Shown here: positions 1 to 9,055 of the stretch, one piece after another
How positions within the stretch are numbered: the first letter of the stretch is position 1
How the letters are laid out: each line of letters starts with the position of its first letter
DNA from: a virus
Taxonomy: Duplodnaviria; Caudoviricetes
Reading direction: 5' to 3' (one strand)
Length of the DNA stretch: 33,889 bases
IMG/VR virus record: IMGVR_UViG_3300017908_000050
Span: 1 to 33,889 of that record
Notes under the pieces: generated by a model
The model's database searches: none
What the model was told of the DNA's origin: nothing
The model's input: only the letters and a program-made list of their open reading frames with translations
Position numbers and translations under genes: made by a program

Positions 1-357
1 GAAGAAGCTCCTGAAGAAGGTGGTGAAGAAGCTCCAGAGGCAGAAGGAGAAGCAGCACCAGCAGAAGCACCAGCAACAGTAGAAGACATGCTACACGAGT
101 CATACAACAAAGTTAAAGAAGCTGCAATGGCTTATGAAAATGACGAGTACCAAGACCACACATTAGAAATGTACATGAAAGAGAACGCTGCGTTAGTAGC
201 AACTCTTGCTGCAAAAGCAATGGAAGAAGGTTATGGTGAAGTTAAAGAAACTGAATTAACTCAAGAAATGTATGAGGCTCACTGTAATGAGATGAAAGAG
301 GCTTATGCTAAGAAAATGGATGAGTTAAAAGAAATGTACGGCGCAAGCAAAGACTAA
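1..357 (+). CDS. 5'-truncated acidic Glu/Ala/Met-rich protein, possibly prohead core/scaffold or internal head protein
   Basis: Frame 1 is open from base 1 (EEAPEEGGEEAPEAEGEAAPAEAPATVED) into the track ORF 88..357, so the true start is upstream of the window. Function is inferred from composition only. Confidence 0.6.
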   Translation, partial: EEAPEEGGEEAPEAEGEAAPAEAPATVEDMLHESYNKVKEAAMAYENDEYQDHTLEMYMKENAALVATLAAKAMEEGYGEVKETELTQEMYEAHCNEMKEAYAKKMDELKEMYGASKD

Positions 358-358
358 T

Positions 359-985
359 ATGAAATATATCAAATCGATAAACGAGTTAAAGGAAGCTAGA
401 CAGGCTCCAGCTAAGAGATTATTTAAAGATGTTGTCAAAGGCAACACATCCTCTATCGAGGGTCAGAAAATCTCTAAGGAGATGGCGCAAGCTGCATTGG
501 ACTGGTTTGACAGATCTGTATATGCTAGAAAATATGCAAATCAAGTTCAGAAGGCTGGTATGGGTGCAGTAGCTCCACTTATTTTCGGTGATTATTGGGG
601 TATTAAGAAAACTATAGGACGTAAACTAAAAGACGAATTCAAAGAATTACAAGACGTATACAAGAGAGAAATGTCTGAGTCAGTATTAAATGAGTCAGAT
701 GCAACTCCAACTATGTTATTAGCTCAAGAGATTGACGGTGGTGAATACCACATGGCATTCTCAGATGGCGGTATCAATGTAGATGCTAGATCTACTAAGA
801 GAACTTGGGACGATGGTGTACCAGTTCTAAAATTCATTGCAAGAGCTCCTAAGAAGTCCGTAGAGCTACCGAAGGGTAAATTTGAGGTAGTCATTGATGA
901 TAAATACGGATGGTATTACTGGCAACACAAAGGCACGTGGTACGGTATGGAACAAGACGGTGAAGCACCTCCATTCGAGTATTAA
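359..985 (+). CDS. Hypothetical protein, probable head-packaged protein
   Basis: 208-aa ORF. The N-terminus MKYIKSINE resembles the MKxIKx(F/I)xE leader I recall from large-phage head proteins; internal VLNES is a possible prohead-protease site. Confidence 0.55.
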   Translation: MKYIKSINELKEARQAPAKRLFKDVVKGNTSSIEGQKISKEMAQAALDWFDRSVYARKYANQVQKAGMGAVAPLIFGDYWGIKKTIGRKLKDEFKELQDVYKREMSESVLNESDATPTMLLAQEIDGGEYHMAFSDGGINVDARSTKRTWDDGVPVLKFIARAPKKSVELPKGKFEVVIDDKYGWYYWQHKGTWYGMEQDGEAPPFEY

Positions 986-1002
986 GCAGGCACACATTTT
1001 AG

Positions 1003-1029
1003 AAACTTTATTAAGAGTCTATGTATAAT
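1003..1029 (+). promoter_or_regulatory. Candidate promoter AAAC-N17-TATAAT
   Basis: AAAC 1003-1006, 17-nt spacer, TATAAT 1024-1029. Same geometry as upstream of the S1 gene. Confidence 0.45.
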
Positions 1030-1049
1030 TAATGTAAACATAGACTCTT
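1013..1049. repeat. Perfect 12-bp inverted repeat (hairpin, operator or terminator)
   Basis: AAGAGTCTATGT (1013-1024) and ACATAGACTCTT (1038-1049) with a 13-nt loop, ending 5 nt before ATG 1055. Confidence 0.8.
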
Positions 1050-1054
1050 TTAGT

Positions 1055-1561
1055 ATGCCAAGAATACCCGTAGACTTAATTTATATGCAGATGGCCTATC
1101 AAGTAGCCAAACTCTCGTACGCTAAACGTAGACGTGTTGGTTGTATTATCGTGAAAGATACACAGGTAATTGCAACTGGCTATAACGGTACGCCACATGG
1201 CTTTGATAATGACTGTGAAGAGGTACAGACTAGAGAGATAGAGAACGAAAATCATAGAAAAGTATTAGAAGAAAAAGGCTATGAGTGTGAAGACACTTGT
1301 TGTTCAAAAGAAGTAACTAAAAGAGAAGTGCTACATGCAGAGTCTAATGCTCTAGCAAAAGTAAGTAAATCATCTATCTCATCAGAAGGCGCAGATATGT
1401 ATATCACTACATGCCCATGTTTCGACTGTGCAAAACTAATCATTCAAGCAGGTATTAAAAGAGTATTCTACTCAGAAGACTATAGAGATATGTCTGGTAT
1501 TGCACTGTTAGAGAAAGCAGGTATTGAAGTAAAAGAGGTTATATGTTGGAACGCGGAGTAA
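1055..1561 (+). CDS. dCMP deaminase (ComEB / T4 Cd family)
   Basis: Zn-binding motifs HAESNA and PCFDC, plus VGCIIV, GYNGTP and LIIQAGIKRV. Confidence 0.95.
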   Translation: MPRIPVDLIYMQMAYQVAKLSYAKRRRVGCIIVKDTQVIATGYNGTPHGFDNDCEEVQTREIENENHRKVLEEKGYECEDTCCSKEVTKREVLHAESNALAKVSKSSISSEGADMYITTCPCFDCAKLIIQAGIKRVFYSEDYRDMSGIALLEKAGIEVKEVICWNAE

Positions 1562-3276
1562 GTCAAATTATAGATGAGGCTCTAGCCCAGAATGTATTCG
1601 GAACTGATTTCAAATTTAGAGAAGGACAAAGAGAAGTTATCGAAGCTATCTGTAATCACTATCTTCAAGACCAAGAGGGCACAATTATTCTAGATGCTCC
1701 AACTGGAAGTGGTAAATCACTGATTGCTATGTGGTCCGCGCACGTCTTAAAAGAACTCGGTAACCGAGGCTATCTCGTCACATCTGATTTAATGCTACAA
1801 GATCAGTATGAAGAAGACTTTCGTAAGTTTAAATTAAATTGGCCAAGTATTAGAGGAGTAGACAACTATGAATGTGATGTCAATGGTCTAACCTTCTCTC
1901 TTGCTGACTGTAAGATGAAAGGTATTGGATATGAAGCTGCAGAGAAACTCTCATGCTGGAACACTTGTGGGTATCTACAGGCCAGACGGCGCGCGAAGGA
2001 GCTACCTGTAGCTCTCTTCAATTATTCATATTATCTAATACAAAGGAATTATGTAGAAGACAAGATGATAGATCAGGGTAAAGAAGTACCTTTTACACAG
2101 AGAGACTTTGTATTCTTTGATGAAGCACATAAGGTAGACAATATAGTACAGTCACACTTCTCACCTAGATTAGAGACCAGTACACCTAAGATATTTAGAG
2201 AGGTAAACAGATTTGTACAGAAACATGCAATCAATGCTGCCTGGGTTTCCGAGAATAGAATAGCTGATATTGTCGACCGCTTAATGCGGGAAGACGATCA
2301 CCAGGAGTTAATGAGGCACATCGGAGAGTTCAGAGGTATCGCGGTCATTTACCGCCGGGTACAGAAAGCGGCCCTACTCCAGAGTAAGATGAGATTTAAG
2401 TCTGGTAGTGTCCCTAGAGAATGGCAGACTTTTTTTGGACGAATGGATAGACTAAAAGACATTTGGTGCAAATTTGATGACTATCATGACATAATTAAAG
2501 AGCTCGGCACTGAAGCAATCGTTATTAATCGAAAAGAGAACGAGACTCAATTCTTATGTTTAGAAGAGGCAATGATGATTGATAAATTCTTACAGAAGAA
2601 GAGTGGGTTTAAAGTCTTTATGTCAGCAACATTAGGTGATATTAGATCTTTTGCAAAACATACTAAGATGGGTGATGCTAAAGTTATTAGAATGGGTAAC
2701 AATTTTTCCTACGAAAAATCCCCCGTGGTTTTCATCAATAGACACAAATTGTCTTTTAGAGAACGCGAACAAAATCTCCCTCATGTAGTAAAGACACTTG
2801 ACAAGATCTTAGACAAACACAAAGGACAAAGTGGAATTATTCACGCCGGTTCCTATGATTTCATGAACTACATCAATAGTAACTCTAAGCATAAATATAG
2901 TTTTATTACTTATGATGTAGCGAAAGAAAGATCTGGCGCGATTGATCTGTTTAACAAAACAGAAGGTAAAATACTACTAGGACCTTCACTATTAGAAGGC
3001 CTAGACTTAAAAGACGAAAAATCAAGATTTCAAATCTTCTTTAAAGTACCATACCCATCTTTAGGAGATCCGCTTGTAAAAGCTAAAATGAAATCATTCC
3101 CTGACTGGTATGATTGGAAAACAGGGATAGCAGTACAACAAGGAGCTGGTCGAAGTATCAGATCCAAAGATGACTGGGCAGTAACATATATTTTAGATGC
3201 TTGCTTTAGAAGCTTGATAAATAAAAAAGGGTTATTCCCTCCATCTTTTGAAGAAAGATTAAAAACAATTTACTAA
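1543..3276 (+). CDS. dinG: DinG/XPD (Rad3)-family SF2 helicase with probable 4Fe-4S domain
   Basis: Q motif FREGQ, Walker A APTGSGKS, DEAH, SAT, EGLD, KVPYP and QGAGRSIRS; Cys cluster NYEC...DC...SCWNTC after motif Ia. Confidence 0.92.
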   Translation: MLERGVSQIIDEALAQNVFGTDFKFREGQREVIEAICNHYLQDQEGTIILDAPTGSGKSLIAMWSAHVLKELGNRGYLVTSDLMLQDQYEEDFRKFKLNWPSIRGVDNYECDVNGLTFSLADCKMKGIGYEAAEKLSCWNTCGYLQARRRAKELPVALFNYSYYLIQRNYVEDKMIDQGKEVPFTQRDFVFFDEAHKVDNIVQSHFSPRLETSTPKIFREVNRFVQKHAINAAWVSENRIADIVDRLMREDDHQELMRHIGEFRGIAVIYRRVQKAALLQSKMRFKSGSVPREWQTFFGRMDRLKDIWCKFDDYHDIIKELGTEAIVINRKENETQFLCLEEAMMIDKFLQKKSGFKVFMSATLGDIRSFAKHTKMGDAKVIRMGNNFSYEKSPVVFINRHKLSFREREQNLPHVVKTLDKILDKHKGQSGIIHAGSYDFMNYINSNSKHKYSFITYDVAKERSGAIDLFNKTEGKILLGPSLLEGLDLKDEKSRFQIFFKVPYPSLGDPLVKAKMKSFPDWYDWKTGIAVQQGAGRSIRSKDDWAVTYILDACFRSLINKKGLFPPSFEERLKTIY

Positions 3277-3869
3277 TGGCATATAGCTTAATTATTATAG
3301 ACAACTTTTACAATAATGTAGACCAAGTTAGAGAATTTGCTCTAGCACAAGAATTTGGCGTTAGGGGTAATTACCCTGGTCAAAGAACTATTCCTATGGC
3401 TTCGGACTCTGTAAAAGAACACATCGCCGCTCACCTAAGAGGTGTACACGGCGAACCCCAATGGCCTGACCCTGAAAGAGTAGACTCTTATTGTGGTTCA
3501 TTCCAGTGGACAACTGCAAGTGATAGAACTTGGATCCACGCAGACGGTTGGAATGACTGGGCAGGTGTTTGTTATCTTACACCTAATGCTCCACTATCAG
3601 GAGGTACAGGTATTTTTAAACACAAACCAACTGGTTTAGTAAAAACACCAAGACTTGCAAACGGAGATAGAGATGAGGACTTACTAAATGAAATCTACAA
3701 GGACGCACAAGATATGACAAAGTGGGAAATGGTAGATCGAGTAGGTAATGTATACAATAGATTAGTATTATATGATGGAGACTTATTTCATGCGTCTCTT
3801 GATTACTTTGGTAGAAATGCACAAGACGGTAGATTATTTCAAACATTTTTCTTTAACACTAAAAACTAA
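3276..3869 (+). CDS. 2OG-Fe(II) oxygenase-like protein (DUF6445-like)
   Basis: IIDNFY, NYPGQRT, HxD (WIHAD), GGTG, NRLVLY, distal His (LFHAS) and RLFQTFF. Coupled to the helicase by TAATG. Confidence 0.85.
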   Translation: MAYSLIIIDNFYNNVDQVREFALAQEFGVRGNYPGQRTIPMASDSVKEHIAAHLRGVHGEPQWPDPERVDSYCGSFQWTTASDRTWIHADGWNDWAGVCYLTPNAPLSGGTGIFKHKPTGLVKTPRLANGDRDEDLLNEIYKDAQDMTKWEMVDRVGNVYNRLVLYDGDLFHASLDYFGRNAQDGRLFQTFFFNTKN

Positions 3870-3872
3870 AAC

Positions 3873-4094
3873 ATGGGATTCAACAAACTAAACTTACCAG
3901 ACCTAGACAGATTAAAAGAACAATTAGCACAATGGGGCGAAGATGACTTTACAGCCTATTGGAAAAACCTCTTTGAAAGAAGAGATGCTATCTGTGGTCC
4001 GGTCGATTCACATGACTTTATTAAACTTTTTCTAAATCGTGAGTATAATTATAGAAAGACTGGTCAAATTGAGTTTGACTTTGATGAAGTCTAG
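3873..4094 (+). CDS. Hypothetical protein
   Basis: 73-aa ORF tightly packed between neighbours with an A-rich leader. Confidence 0.7.
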   Translation: MGFNKLNLPDLDRLKEQLAQWGEDDFTAYWKNLFERRDAICGPVDSHDFIKLFLNREYNYRKTGQIEFDFDEV

Positions 4095-4110
4095 TTTTAA
4101 AAACAATAAT

Positions 4111-4707
4111 ATGACAACAGAAACAGCAGAACAAACAAAACCTAAAATGTACGTTTGGTCAAAGACTGAACGTGCTGGAGATATTGTAACTGTAGACACT
4201 ACTGATGGTGGTTTCACTATATTTACAGATGGTACTAGAATTAATTCTAGTTTAATAGGTGAATTTTTAATGGAGGCTGCAAATGATACACAAGCAGCAG
4301 CTCTTGCACAACCATTCGTAGAGGTTGAAGAGTCGAAAGGACTCTCAGAGATTCAAGAACCACAGAGAGATCCAGACCCAGTAGAAACAGGAACAGTCAA
4401 CGTAATGTTAGAGATGCTAAGAAAGATTAGCGCTAAGAATACTCTAACAATGCCGATTGAATTAAATTTACCTTCCACTGAAGTTTATTCATTATTTAAA
4501 GATCAGATGGATATTACAGAGGAAGAGTTAAACGACCATATATTAGAGCTGGTACTGAGCCAGATAGATAACTTACAAGAACAATTAAAACCTCAGGCAA
4601 AAGAATTTATTAACGATTATTACAATGGCAAAAGAACAGGAAAAAAGCGTGTCAATAGAGACAACACAGGAAGCTCCGCAAACACCGGGCCCGATATTAC
4701 TTACTAG
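4111..4707 (+). CDS. Hypothetical protein
   Basis: Track ORF 4039..4707. Start moved to ATG 4111 (MTTETAEQ), which follows AAAAACAATAAT and avoids overlap with the upstream gene. Confidence 0.7.
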   Translation: MTTETAEQTKPKMYVWSKTERAGDIVTVDTTDGGFTIFTDGTRINSSLIGEFLMEAANDTQAAALAQPFVEVEESKGLSEIQEPQRDPDPVETGTVNVMLEMLRKISAKNTLTMPIELNLPSTEVYSLFKDQMDITEEELNDHILELVLSQIDNLQEQLKPQAKEFINDYYNGKRTGKKRVNRDNTGSSANTGPDITY

Positions 4708-5062
4708 AAGACAGAGAAGATATATGCTAAAGCAACAAGGTGCTTTAAAATATATGCAGTCTTTAAGCTTTTCTGATAAAGCTGAGTTGAGAAGACAGAA
4801 TATAGAGAACGGTAGAAAACTACATCAACAACATCTAGATGCTATCGAGAAAAGAAACCATGAGATGTTAGAAGAAAAGTTAGTTTCTCTAAAAGAAAGT
4901 TGGACGGCTATTGGTTACAATAAAGAAGAACAAGATAAATTAGAAGAGGCTTGGGCTTTAGGTATTGTAAAAGATAAAGAAACTTACAGAGCTGACAGAA
5001 AGAAAGCTAAAGCTTTATATAAAGAGGTGAATGCTTCTTTCACAGCTAGAAAAAACAAATAA
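4625..5062 (+). CDS. Hypothetical basic helical protein
   Basis: 145-aa Lys/Arg/Glu-rich ORF with TRRQRR; overlaps the upstream ORF by 83 nt. Confidence 0.7.
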   Translation: MAKEQEKSVSIETTQEAPQTPGPILLTRRQRRYMLKQQGALKYMQSLSFSDKAELRRQNIENGRKLHQQHLDAIEKRNHEMLEEKLVSLKESWTAIGYNKEEQDKLEEAWALGIVKDKETYRADRKKAKALYKEVNASFTARKNK

Positions 5063-5068
5063 CAGAGA

Positions 5069-5392
5069 ATGATTACGATTTCATTAGAACCGGCAGATAA
5101 CGGCTTGCTCAAATTTTTAATAGACGATAACGTCAATGGAGGTGGAGAAGAATATACTTCCAGGACAGTCTATGAGTTTGAAGGTATTGCTGGTAGAGCT
5201 AATCAGATTAAATTTCTAAAAGATCTTATTTTAGACTTAGGACTAACTACAGGTTCTGATTTAGACAAAGATAAAATCGTAATAAAGTCTGAGTGGGGAA
5301 CACAATATAAACCCAATGAAGCAGAACTTAAAAACAGGATCTCACAATTAGAAAAAGAATTAAAAAGACTGAGGTCCATAGAAAAGAAATGA
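5069..5392 (+). CDS. Hypothetical protein with C-terminal coiled coil
   Basis: 107-aa ORF; heptad pattern LKNRISQLEKELKRL. Confidence 0.7.
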   Translation: MITISLEPADNGLLKFLIDDNVNGGGEEYTSRTVYEFEGIAGRANQIKFLKDLILDLGLTTGSDLDKDKIVIKSEWGTQYKPNEAELKNRISQLEKELKRLRSIEKK

Positions 5393-5787
5393 CACTACAA
5401 ATAGAAGGTGTTTGGTGTAAAACAAGGACTGAGTTTGAGAAATTAGCTAAGTCTGGTGATTATGATTTGACTATTTCATATTTCGATATTGTAAATAGAT
5501 TAGTCAAGAGCGATCCTTATTCTAAGGAGCCATCAGATATTATTGTCTCTCTTTATATTAGAAAGCTGATACAAAAGCTAATAACCGATAAAGATCAAGA
5601 AGAGGCAAAATTGCTTTATATGTTTAAAAACTTAGATGGCCCTGCCGTTTTAAATTTTAAACAGTTTATCGCAGATCTGACTGGAGATCCATTTAATATA
5701 GATTTAATTATTATCAACAGATGCGACTACCCTAAAAGAGGTGTACTCAGTAAATTTGATAATGTTAGATTTATAGACCATGATTAA
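5389..5787 (+). CDS. Hypothetical protein
   Basis: 132-aa ORF with ATGA coupling to the upstream gene. Confidence 0.7.
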   Translation: MTLQIEGVWCKTRTEFEKLAKSGDYDLTISYFDIVNRLVKSDPYSKEPSDIIVSLYIRKLIQKLITDKDQEEAKLLYMFKNLDGPAVLNFKQFIADLTGDPFNIDLIIINRCDYPKRGVLSKFDNVRFIDHD

Positions 5788-6376
5788 ACATAAGATATTT
5801 ACTAAAGGTGAATATGTACAAGCTTTAATATCAACTACACAAAACCCTAACGTACTTATTCCGGTTCGCGGCCTAATTTACGACGTCAAGTTTGATGATG
5901 TAAACCCTAGGTATCAAATTCGTATTAAAAAATTCTATGACAATATAGTATTTTTAAAAGCATACTTATTTGGTGGACGATTCATTAGAGACTTTGATGG
6001 TAAAGAAACTAGAATTAATTTAAAAAGACAAGAGTATAAGACTGTCAAAGAACTAGAAGACAGAGTCTTTGATGGCGAGAAGTGGAAGCAATATCTAGTT
6101 ACTGTTGATTCAGTTTTCTGTGTGAAGACCAGGGGCGAACAGGTAGAGTTGTTTAATAAAATACAAGACTTCCAGACAGAAGTAGCTCTAAAGCAAGTCT
6201 ACGAGCTCACAAATAGGTCTACATATACAGGTCAATATAACTTTCATAGCAAGGGTGAATATATTAAAGCACTTGAGAAGTTTTTAGGAGATAGATACCC
6301 TAAGGACAAAGATTGGGCAGATACTATCTTGTACAGACCTAATCATGATGAATTAGACCGCGGAGAGTGGGTCTAA
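5780..6376 (+). CDS. Hypothetical protein
   Basis: 198-aa ORF with an 8-nt overlap upstream; beta-rich N-terminus. Confidence 0.7.
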   Translation: MIKHKIFTKGEYVQALISTTQNPNVLIPVRGLIYDVKFDDVNPRYQIRIKKFYDNIVFLKAYLFGGRFIRDFDGKETRINLKRQEYKTVKELEDRVFDGEKWKQYLVTVDSVFCVKTRGEQVELFNKIQDFQTEVALKQVYELTNRSTYTGQYNFHSKGEYIKALEKFLGDRYPKDKDWADTILYRPNHDELDRGEWV

Positions 6377-6401
6377 AACATAATATCCTGATACATAGTC
6401 A

Positions 6402-6410
6402 GATATATAA
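6402..6410 (+). promoter_or_regulatory. Candidate late promoter GATATATAA
   Basis: Motif recurs upstream of several genes (15494, 16848, 30540); here it precedes the first baseplate-module gene. Confidence 0.55.
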
Positions 6411-6432
6411 TAAAAACAAATAGGCTTTTTAC

Positions 6433-8247
6433 ATGGCATTCAGTTTAAATACAGTGGTACCAGGTGCACCACCTAAGTTCAGTTACATAGACGACGAGAC
6501 AGGAGATGTAAAGGTTAGTGATGTAGAATTAGGTGCAGACGGTAATCCTTTAAGCACTGGTAATACAGAAAGAGACGCAATTGACAATTCTAACAATAAC
6601 GCTTTAGGTGCTGAAGAAGTGCCACAATCTGATATTGTTGCGTTAGGTAATACTATTACTGTAGATGATAATCCTAGAACAGATCCACAGAGCACAGAAC
6701 CTGCTGGTATTTATGGTAATACTGCTATAAAGTCTAGAGCTTATGAGATTAAAGATGGTCCTAAAGTTGAAGGTGTAGATACGGTTAGATCAAAATCTAA
6801 TGCTTGGACACTAATTAACTATAGAAACTATTCAGGTGGTACAAAATATATGAGTCCTAAGTTTAAAGACTTTAATAAGACTGTAATGGACTCAAATAAG
6901 GATAACGTACTTAATCCTACAGCAAAGCGTATTGTTAATTTTGCAGATACAAACGGTGGTTTAGGTTTTGCATATTCATATAGAGACTTTATTCAAGCTG
7001 AACATTATGGTCAGATTTCAAATGAATATCTAATTACATTAAGAAGATTTGCTTTCCCTATTGGTGATGACTTAATGAATACAAAATCTGTTGATGATAA
7101 AGGTAAAGAGTTTGATTCATCTGAACCTGATTTAGCTAGAGCTATTACATGGTTATCACCTGCATTAGGTAACGACTTAAAAGAAATACTTTCATTTGGT
7201 GTTGGTTTTGGTTGGCAAGACATTGAGTCTAAAGTACAAGAGGCTTCAACAGCAGGTACAGAGAGAAGAAGAGGTACATTAGGTAATTTCATTGAGTCTT
7301 CCCCTCTGGCAAAAGGTATTGAAGCTGGTATTAACGGTTACTCAGCAGCACAATCAGATAGAATTAGTACAAAGGGACATGGTTTCGATCCACTAGGTGA
7401 CACATATCCTAACTTTGTATATGGACCATACAATGCTATCAAGTCTGTTTTAGCAAGAGATGAAAAAGGTCTAAAGTTTGAAAATGAATTTACTCTTAAT
7501 TTCTACTATGACTTAAGAGGTTTTGATAATACTTCGCCTAAAGTAGTATTTATGGATGTACTGTCTAATCTACTAGCGATGACATATAACAATGCTCCTT
7601 TCTGGGGTGGTGCCGCTAGATATACTGGAAGTGGTTCTACTGGTAAACCATTCGGAGACTTTGATAAATTAAAGAATGGTGACTATGCTGGTTACTTAGG
7701 TTCAGTTGCTACACAATTAAAATCTTCACTAGGAGCTGGTTTTGCAGACTTAGGTAAAGCTGCTAAAGGTCTAATCAACGGTAAAGGTATAAATGCACTT
7801 GGTGATTCTAAAATCTTAGATAACCTAATTGGTGGTAACTTAATGAAGATGATGGGTTCACCTTCTGGTGGTGATATTATCAAAGCATTCTTAACTGGTG
7901 ACCCAACAGGACAATGGCACTTAACAATAGGTAATCCTATGAACCCTATGTTAGTTTGTGGTAACCTATGTTTAGAAAATACTAAATTTGAATTTGAAGG
8001 TCCAATTGGTTTTGAAGGTTTCCCATCTAGATTAAAGATGATTGTAACTCTAAAACCTGGTAGACCTAGAGATAAATCAGAGATTGAGTCTATGTTCAAC
8101 GCGGGTAGAGGTAGAATGTACTTACAACCAGAAGTTGAAGGTAAATCTCTAGACGATGTATTAGATGTATCACAATATGGAAATAAAGATCGTAGCAGAT
8201 TAACTGGCGATAGAGCTCTACGTCAATCTGATATGGCAGCAGGATAA
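6433..8247 (+). CDS. Probable baseplate/tail-tube-associated protein (T4 gp48-like)
   Basis: 604 aa, immediately upstream of the LysM/gp53-like gene. The C-terminal beta pattern (FTLNFYYDL...NLCLENTKFEFEG...FPSRLKMIVTLK) resembles a tube-fold protein. Mainly a synteny call. Confidence 0.5.
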   Translation: MAFSLNTVVPGAPPKFSYIDDETGDVKVSDVELGADGNPLSTGNTERDAIDNSNNNALGAEEVPQSDIVALGNTITVDDNPRTDPQSTEPAGIYGNTAIKSRAYEIKDGPKVEGVDTVRSKSNAWTLINYRNYSGGTKYMSPKFKDFNKTVMDSNKDNVLNPTAKRIVNFADTNGGLGFAYSYRDFIQAEHYGQISNEYLITLRRFAFPIGDDLMNTKSVDDKGKEFDSSEPDLARAITWLSPALGNDLKEILSFGVGFGWQDIESKVQEASTAGTERRRGTLGNFIESSPLAKGIEAGINGYSAAQSDRISTKGHGFDPLGDTYPNFVYGPYNAIKSVLARDEKGLKFENEFTLNFYYDLRGFDNTSPKVVFMDVLSNLLAMTYNNAPFWGGAARYTGSGSTGKPFGDFDKLKNGDYAGYLGSVATQLKSSLGAGFADLGKAAKGLINGKGINALGDSKILDNLIGGNLMKMMGSPSGGDIIKAFLTGDPTGQWHLTIGNPMNPMLVCGNLCLENTKFEFEGPIGFEGFPSRLKMIVTLKPGRPRDKSEIESMFNAGRGRMYLQPEVEGKSLDDVLDVSQYGNKDRSRLTGDRALRQSDMAAG

Positions 8248-8248
8248 T

Positions 8249-9046
8249 ATGAATTTTAAGTCACTATTAAATAAGACAGCAGATGCTATAAAGTATCACC
8301 TAACTCAGCCTACTATGATTTTCACAAATAAGGAAGAGCAAACTGGTGTAATTGAGCATGTTGTTAGAGAAGATGAAACTCTTAGACCAGATCTAATTGC
8401 TTTAGAATACTATAATGACCAGAGCAAAACTGATATTATCTTAAAATACAATGGCATCTCAGATCCATTCAGTCTACAAGCCGGTGATGTAATAGAAATA
8501 CCTAACTCTGGTATTGCCTTTCATAAATTAGAAAGACCAGAAGGCTTAACTGAAGATAATCCTATTAAAAACCAATTCTTACAAGACAAGAGGTTACCTA
8601 AGAAAGATGATAGGAGAATAGATGCTCTTAAGAAGAAATATAACAAAGATGTATTATTACCTCCTAACGTAATACCTCTTGGTAAAAAGAATTACAAGTT
8701 CGATAAAGGTCTGGTTACGTTGGGTGCACAGGCTCAGAATGCTGAAGTTAATGACCCTGTTGTACAGGAAGTTATGGATGATTTTGTTGATACAACAGCT
8801 GAAACGATAACTCCAATTATACCAGATTCTCCAGTAGGTACTGGTGGAGGTAGAGGTGAATTAACTGAAACTCAATTAGATAAAATGTTAGCATCAGGTG
8901 TTGGTAAAGGTAAAACTTCTTCTGGCTCAGGTGGTGGTAGAGGAGAGTCAGCTACAGAAACTGCAACAAACACAGGTTCTGGTGATGCACCTCAAAGCAC
9001 TAATGATGCAAGTGGTATCGCTAACGATGGCGCTCCATGTAACTAA
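8249..9046 (+). CDS. Baseplate wedge protein, gp53/LysM-like
   Basis: HVVREDETLRPDLIALEYY...IILKYNGISDPFSLQAGDVIEIP matches the LysM-like gp53/tail-X pattern; Gly/Ser/Thr-rich C-terminal tail. Confidence 0.8.
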   Translation: MNFKSLLNKTADAIKYHLTQPTMIFTNKEEQTGVIEHVVREDETLRPDLIALEYYNDQSKTDIILKYNGISDPFSLQAGDVIEIPNSGIAFHKLERPEGLTEDNPIKNQFLQDKRLPKKDDRRIDALKKKYNKDVLLPPNVIPLGKKNYKFDKGLVTLGAQAQNAEVNDPVVQEVMDDFVDTTAETITPIIPDSPVGTGGGRGELTETQLDKMLASGVGKGKTSSGSGGGRGESATETATNTGSGDAPQSTNDASGIANDGAPCN

Positions 9047-9055
9047 GATTAAAGA

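Noticed and set aside
88-357. ATG 88 as the start of an 89-aa protein
   Set aside because: The frame is open back to base 1 with protein-like sequence, so the gene most likely starts upstream of the window.
3216-3224. GATAAATAA inside the helicase 3' end as a promoter for the oxygenase
   Set aside because: It is a variant motif within AT-rich coding sequence and cannot be distinguished from chance without TSS data.
1543-3276. Type IV CRISPR-associated CasDinG
   Set aside because: No cas genes or array occur in the window.
4039-4110. GTG start at 4039
   Set aside because: It overlaps the upstream gene; ATG 4111 has a typical A-rich leader.
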